Positions 39,573 to 43,380 of a stretch of DNA of 43,380 nt are shown piece by piece. A program made the position numbers and the translations under genes. How positions within the stretch are numbered: the first letter of the stretch is position 1; each line of letters starts with the position of its first letter. The stretch comes from a virus. The stretch lies in the IMG/VR virus record IMGVR_UViG_3300045988_062151, one strand, 5' to 3'. Under the pieces are notes generated by a model. The model ran no database searches, had not been told where the DNA came from, and saw nothing but the letters and a program-made list of their open reading frames with translations.

Positions 39573-39736
39573 TGAACGGGTACAGATGTGACAGCTGCGG
39601 ACAGTATCTGAAAGACAGTGACGGGTTACTGTGTGAGAAGTGCCTGCGGAATATCAGAGTCAGGGTGCAGAAGGGCAGGAGGCTGGATGCACTGCTGATC
39701 GGGAAAGAGGAAAAACAGGAGGAGATCTGGGAATGA
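39572..39736 (+). CDS. Small zinc-ribbon protein (54 aa; CDSC...CEKC)
   Basis: The ATG overlaps the upstream stop. Two CxxC pairs are present. Below the ORF-track cutoff. Confidence 0.45.
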   Translation: MNGYRCDSCGQYLKDSDGLLCEKCLRNIRVRVQKGRRLDALLIGKEEKQEEIWE

Positions 39737-40218
39737 CGTTATATGAAATTGATGCAGAAATCATGGAGATTATCGAGAATGCGGTTGATCCGGAGACCGG
39801 GGAGATCATTGACGAGCTGGCAATGGCCGGTCTTGGAAAGCTGAATGAAGCAAGAGAAAAGAAGATCGAGAACATGTTACTTCTGGTGAAAAATCTGGAA
39901 TCCGATGCTGAGCAGCTGAAAGCCGAGAAGCTGGCATTTGATCAGAGACAGCGTGTGGCGCTGAATAAGGCGGAGTGGTTGAAAAAATGCGTGCAGAATT
40001 CGCTTGCCGGTGCAAAATTCACCACGCCAAGGGTGGCGGTCAGCTACCGGAAGAGTACGGCGGTGGAGTATACCGGAGACGTCAACAAATTACCAGAAAA
40101 TTGCATCAAACGTAAGGAGCCGGAGGTAGACAAGACAGCACTAGGAAAGCTTTTAAGAGGCGGGACAAAGATTCCGGGAGCAAGACTGGTAGAAAGACAG
40201 AATATGCAGATTAAGTAG
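39733..40218 (+). CDS. Siphovirus Gp157-family protein
   Basis: Track ORF 39640..40218. ATG 39733 follows AGGAGG. The N-terminus MTLYEIDAEIMEIIENAVDPETGEI is Gp157-like. Confidence 0.6.
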   Translation: MTLYEIDAEIMEIIENAVDPETGEIIDELAMAGLGKLNEAREKKIENMLLLVKNLESDAEQLKAEKLAFDQRQRVALNKAEWLKKCVQNSLAGAKFTTPRVAVSYRKSTAVEYTGDVNKLPENCIKRKEPEVDKTALGKLLRGGTKIPGARLVERQNMQIK

Positions 40219-40223
40219 GTGGA

Positions 40224-40976
40224 ATGATGGAGGAAAAGAACAAGAACATGCAGCTGTACAATCTGGGACGTGAAGTCCCGGAGGAAGCTAAAAAGGAGAT
40301 CAAGGGCGGCCGCATGAAGGGCATGACAAATATCAACGCCATGTGGAGAATCAAACGTCTCACGGAAATGTTCGGTGCATGCGGTGTAGGTTGGTATTAC
40401 AAAACTGTGAATCAATGGATGGAAAAAGCTGAGCAGGAAATAGCAGCATTCGTGGACATTGAACTGTATGTCAAGGTTGACGGAGACTGGTCGGCACCGA
40501 TCTACGGAACCGGAGGAAGTAAATTCGCGGCAAAGGAAAAAGACGGAATCTACGTATCGGACGAGTGCTACAAAATGGCAACTACAGACGCTCTGTCTGT
40601 GGCTTGCAAACAGTTGGGAATCGGTGCAGATGTCTATTTTGCTGAGGACAAAAACAAATACGACGTTGAGGTTCCGGCTGAGATTGAGCAGATTACCGCC
40701 ATTGATTACATGGCAGCAGAGTTGAACGTCAACCTGCCGAAGTTGTACCAGAAATATGGAATGAGCAGAGAGAATGTCACGGAGCGGATCGCGAAAAAGA
40801 TATTCCTCTCGCTGCTCAACGAAAAAAGAAAGCGTGATGTGAGTGCACACACTAACGGAGATCCAGAAAGTCCGCCAAACAAAACAGGGGACAGATCTGA
40901 TAATACACATACCAGATCTACAGCTGATGGAAATACTGACAGAAAAGAGAATCCGGCAGGCAGAAATAAGGTTTGA
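40224..40976 (+). CDS. Rad52/Sak-like single-strand annealing protein
   Basis: RLTEMFGACGVGWYY and TTDALSVACKQLGIGADVYF match the Rad52-family phage recombinase signature. Confidence 0.6.
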   Translation: MMEEKNKNMQLYNLGREVPEEAKKEIKGGRMKGMTNINAMWRIKRLTEMFGACGVGWYYKTVNQWMEKAEQEIAAFVDIELYVKVDGDWSAPIYGTGGSKFAAKEKDGIYVSDECYKMATTDALSVACKQLGIGADVYFAEDKNKYDVEVPAEIEQITAIDYMAAELNVNLPKLYQKYGMSRENVTERIAKKIFLSLLNEKRKRDVSAHTNGDPESPPNKTGDRSDNTHTRSTADGNTDRKENPAGRNKV

Positions 40977-41493
40977 TGATGGGAGGCATATCTCGATTGA
41001 GCAGAGAAAGAAAGCCTATGCTACGATCCGGGACATTGCCGCATACACCGGGTATCTTCCGGAAGAGCAGAAAGAGTGGCTTAAATACCTGCACATCGCA
41101 AGAACCGGATGTGAGTATTTTTCCCTCTCGGACTGCACGATGGATACGGCCAGAGAGTTCATTAATACGATTCTGGAGTACGCCATCACCGAAGGTGTGC
41201 CGCTGACGGACGCAGGAGCGGAAAGGACGGATGATATAGGCAAGTATCTGTATTTCTGTCTGAAAGCAAAAAAGTGCTGCGTATGTGGCGCTCCGGGCGA
41301 GATACACCACGTTGATGCAATCGGCATGGGTAACGATAGACGGACATATGACGATACGCAGTGCCGGAAGATGTGCCTGTGCCGGAAACATCACACCACA
41401 TGGCATCAGATGGGAGACGAAAGATTCCAGAAAATGTACAAAGTGTACGGAATCCTGATGCCAGAAGAAAAGTCCTCCTTGGCCGAGCAATAA
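40843..41493 (+). CDS. Putative HNH nuclease (HNHc_6-like)
   Basis: ISIEQRKKAYATIRDIAAYTGY, then CCVCGAPGEIHHVDAIGMGNDR...LCRKHHTTWHQMG. The GTG start overlaps the upstream gene by 134 nt, and ATG 40927 is an alternative start. Confidence 0.6.
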   Translation: MHTLTEIQKVRQTKQGTDLIIHIPDLQLMEILTEKRIRQAEIRFDDGRHISIEQRKKAYATIRDIAAYTGYLPEEQKEWLKYLHIARTGCEYFSLSDCTMDTAREFINTILEYAITEGVPLTDAGAERTDDIGKYLYFCLKAKKCCVCGAPGEIHHVDAIGMGNDRRTYDDTQCRKMCLCRKHHTTWHQMGDERFQKMYKVYGILMPEEKSSLAEQ

Positions 41494-41582
41494 TATATCA
41501 CAGTAATATTGTAAGCCATTGAGCATAGAAAATCCGATTGCTTTCTCATCCGGCGGCTATGACCGCCGGGGAAAGGAGGGGC

Positions 41583-41972
41583 ATGGAAAAAGCGAAAAAC
41601 ATTGCGCTGTTACGATTTTCAAGAATCGGATACGGAAAAGATAAGGCCTTGCGACGGCCAACAAATAAAAGTGTCGATCGGCAGTTACGAAAGCTGATAT
41701 CCAAGTGGAACATGGACGGCAATCATGACACGATTATAAACACAGGGGACGGGTATTACATCCCGAGAAAAGACAATCCTGCGGAGATGCTGGAGTACAA
41801 ACAGTACATAGCACAGGAGACAGCAAGAGCTTACATGGAACTGGACAAGGTCAAGCCTATGTGGGTGGCGTATGAAAGGATGGAAAAGAATGGCGGTAAA
41901 CAGCAGAACGAAGGGAGCAGCGGCGGAGAGGGAGGTTGCCCGGATTCTAAACAGCTACGGTTACAATTGTAG
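41583..41972 (+). CDS. Hypothetical protein
   Basis: Track ORF 41538..41972. ATG 41583 follows AAGGAGGGG. Confidence 0.5.
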   Translation: MEKAKNIALLRFSRIGYGKDKALRRPTNKSVDRQLRKLISKWNMDGNHDTIINTGDGYYIPRKDNPAEMLEYKQYIAQETARAYMELDKVKPMWVAYERMEKNGGKQQNEGSSGGEGGCPDSKQLRLQL

Positions 41973-42228
41973 ACGGGGGCAGCAGTATTGTGGCGCGAAC
42001 GGTGATGCTGATGTTGTAGGTCTCCCGGGAATCCACATCGAGGTAAAGCGACGTGAAAAGCTGAATCTCTATGACGCTATGGATCAGTCAAAAAGAGATG
42101 CAGCAGTAAGCGGCGGACTTCCATCCGTGTTCTGGCGGAAAAATAATTGTGAGTGGCTTGTGGTTATGACACTGGAGGACTGGATGCGGTTATACAAGGG
42201 CGCGCAGAATGGAGCTGATTGGCAATGA
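41890..42228 (+). CDS. Holliday-junction resolvase-like PD-(D/E)xK nuclease
   Basis: SRTKGAAAEREVARIL...DADVVGLPGIHIEVKRREKL gives the E...D...ExK pattern. The start is set to ATG 41890. Confidence 0.55.
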   Translation: MAVNSRTKGAAAEREVARILNSYGYNCRRGQQYCGANGDADVVGLPGIHIEVKRREKLNLYDAMDQSKRDAAVSGGLPSVFWRKNNCEWLVVMTLEDWMRLYKGAQNGADWQ

Positions 42229-42857
42229 GAGAGAGCTTAATATTCTACCAGAGCTTCGCCCGCGCCATCAAAAAACTGCCGGAATCCGAACAGCTGAAAG
42301 CCTTATGGTCCATCATTGACTACGCGCTGGAGGATAAGGAACCTGACGGTGACGGCATGTATATGGTCGTCTATGAGATGGCAAAACCACAGATTGATGC
42401 CAACGTGGAGCGTAAGCGAAACGGATCCAGGGGAGGAAGACCGACAAAAGTACCAGAGAAACCGAAGGAGCAGAAAAAAACGGTTGAGCCGGTGAAGAAG
42501 AAAGAGCCACCGCCGTATCAGGAGATCATTGATTATCTGAACGAGAAAGCCGGTAAAAGGTTCAAGGTTAACGACAAAACCAAGGCACACATTAATGCCA
42601 GAGTGAATGACGGATACACGTTGGCGGATTTCCGGGCGGTGATCGAGAAAAAGGTAGCGGAGTGGCGAGGAACGGAAATGGACAAATTTCTACGGCCGGA
42701 AACCTTGTTCGGCACAAAATTCGAGGGTTATCTCAACCAGAATGAGACGGTGAGGAAGAAAGCGAAGTCAACCGGATTCAGTAATTTTGAAGAGCGGAAT
42801 TACGATTTTGAAGAATTGGAAAGAGAGCTGCTGGGAGCGCAGGAGGGTGGGACATGA
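42219..42857 (+). CDS. Replisome-organiser-like protein with the conserved phage C-terminal domain
   Basis: IIDYLNEKAGKRFKV...INARVNDGYTLADFRAVIEKKVAEWRGTEMDKFLRPETLFGTKFEGYLNQ matches the conserved phage C-terminus (DnaD-like) pattern. Confidence 0.6.
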   Translation: MAMRESLIFYQSFARAIKKLPESEQLKALWSIIDYALEDKEPDGDGMYMVVYEMAKPQIDANVERKRNGSRGGRPTKVPEKPKEQKKTVEPVKKKEPPPYQEIIDYLNEKAGKRFKVNDKTKAHINARVNDGYTLADFRAVIEKKVAEWRGTEMDKFLRPETLFGTKFEGYLNQNETVRKKAKSTGFSNFEERNYDFEELERELLGAQEGGT

Positions 42858-43027
42858 ATGTAACTTACAACGTCACAAACACAGAGATCGGAACAGTTAT
42901 CATGCGGAACCGCACCATGCAGCAGATTCATGATCTACTTGGAACGGACATGGAGCGTATGCGCCGGATAACGCGATACAGCGGCATGATGGATGGAAAA
43001 TATTTGATAGAGAGGGCGAGAAAATGA
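42854..43027 (+). CDS. Small hypothetical protein (57 aa)
   Basis: ATGA overlaps at both ends. Below the ORF-track cutoff. Confidence 0.4.
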   Translation: MNVTYNVTNTEIGTVIMRNRTMQQIHDLLGTDMERMRRITRYSGMMDGKYLIERARK

Positions 43028-43380
43028 AAAAATTTGAACTTACAGCAGAATGCGTAACAAATATTTTTGGAAAAAAATTATTCAGAATCAAAGCACTGGT
43101 AGCATTTGGAGATGTGAAAGAAGGAGAACTGGGAGGATTCATAGAGAAAGAATCTAACCTCGCTAATGACGGTAATGCATGGGTCTACGGTAATGCACGG
43201 GTCTACGGTGATGCACAGGTCTACGGTAATGCACGGGTCTGCGGTAATGCACGGGTCTACGGTAATGCACGGGTCTACGGTAATGCACGGGTCTACGGTG
43301 ATGCACAGGTCTACGGTGATGCACAGGTCTACGGTGATGCATGGGTCTACGGTAATGCACGGGTCTACGGTAATGCACGG
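43024..43380 (+). CDS. Hexapeptide-repeat protein, N-terminal part (continues at nt 41 of the window; total 235 aa)
   Basis: ATG 43024. The protein reads MKKFELTAECVTNIFGKKLFRIKALVAFGDVKEGELGGFIEKESNLANDGNAWVYGNARVYGDAQVYG... and the frame is open to the window end. Confidence 0.7.
   Translation, partial: MKKFELTAECVTNIFGKKLFRIKALVAFGDVKEGELGGFIEKESNLANDGNAWVYGNARVYGDAQVYGNARVCGNARVYGNARVYGNARVYGDAQVYGDAQVYGDAWVYGNARVYGNAR
43171..43380 (+). repeat. 18-bp tandem repeat, units 1-12a
   Basis: Eleven full units of ggtRatgcaYRggtctRc plus the first 12 nt of a twelfth. Confidence 0.95.
43341..43380. repeat. 40-nt exact duplicate of nt 1-40 (circular-assembly overlap)
   Basis: atgggtctacggtaatgcacgggtctacggtaatgcacgg is present at both ends. 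Confidence 0.9.

Noticed and set aside
40044-41526. Long minus-strand ORFs 40044..40910 (288 aa) and 40918..41526 (202 aa)
   Set aside because: They are antisense to the Rad52-like and HNH-like genes, which carry recognisable motifs. They are shadow ORFs.
43171-43380. Could the short tandem repeats be a CRISPR array?
   Set aside because: The units are contiguous with no spacers, are 18 bp long and lie in frame inside a coding sequence.

Overview
This window is a complete, circularly permuted genome of a temperate siphovirus-type phage (or excised prophage) from a Gram-positive, Clostridia/Firmicutes-like host. Nt 1-40 are identical to nt 43341-43380, so the unique circle is 43,340 bp. One gene, an 18 x 18-bp tandem-repeat hexapeptide-repeat protein, runs across the window ends. 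Almost all genes are on the + strand, in this modular order: (1) early/accessory genes including a DPPY DNA methyltransferase and YopX (0.4-5.5 kb); (2) a fused TerS-TerL terminase, portal and MuF-like minor capsid protein (5.8-10.3 kb); (3) an unusual terminator-punctuated accessory island of unknown proteins inside the head module (10.3-14.5 kb); (4) an ORF-free, hairpin-dense RNA region with tRNA-Tyr and a tRNA-like element (14.5-15.1 kb); (5) scaffold, major capsid and connector genes, interrupted by a second small accessory island (15.2-21.2 kb); (6) major tail, chaperones, tape measure, Dit, Tal with an S74 chaperone domain and two collagen-repeat fibres (21.3-29.6 kb); (7) an inverted cassette (H-type-lectin-like protein plus Xer-like tyrosine recombinase); (8) an amidase endolysin; (9) two small cargo genes; (10) attP (the 3' part of tRNA-Lys-UUU) with integrase; (11) a minus-strand immunity operon (XRE repressor, ImmA protease, membrane Mrr-cat nuclease-like protein); (12) Cro and antirepressor; (13) an iteron-like repeat array; (14) recombination/replication genes (Gp157, Rad52-like SSAP, HNH, resolvase, replisome organiser). 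All functional calls come from motif recognition by eye. No database search or folding program was run.
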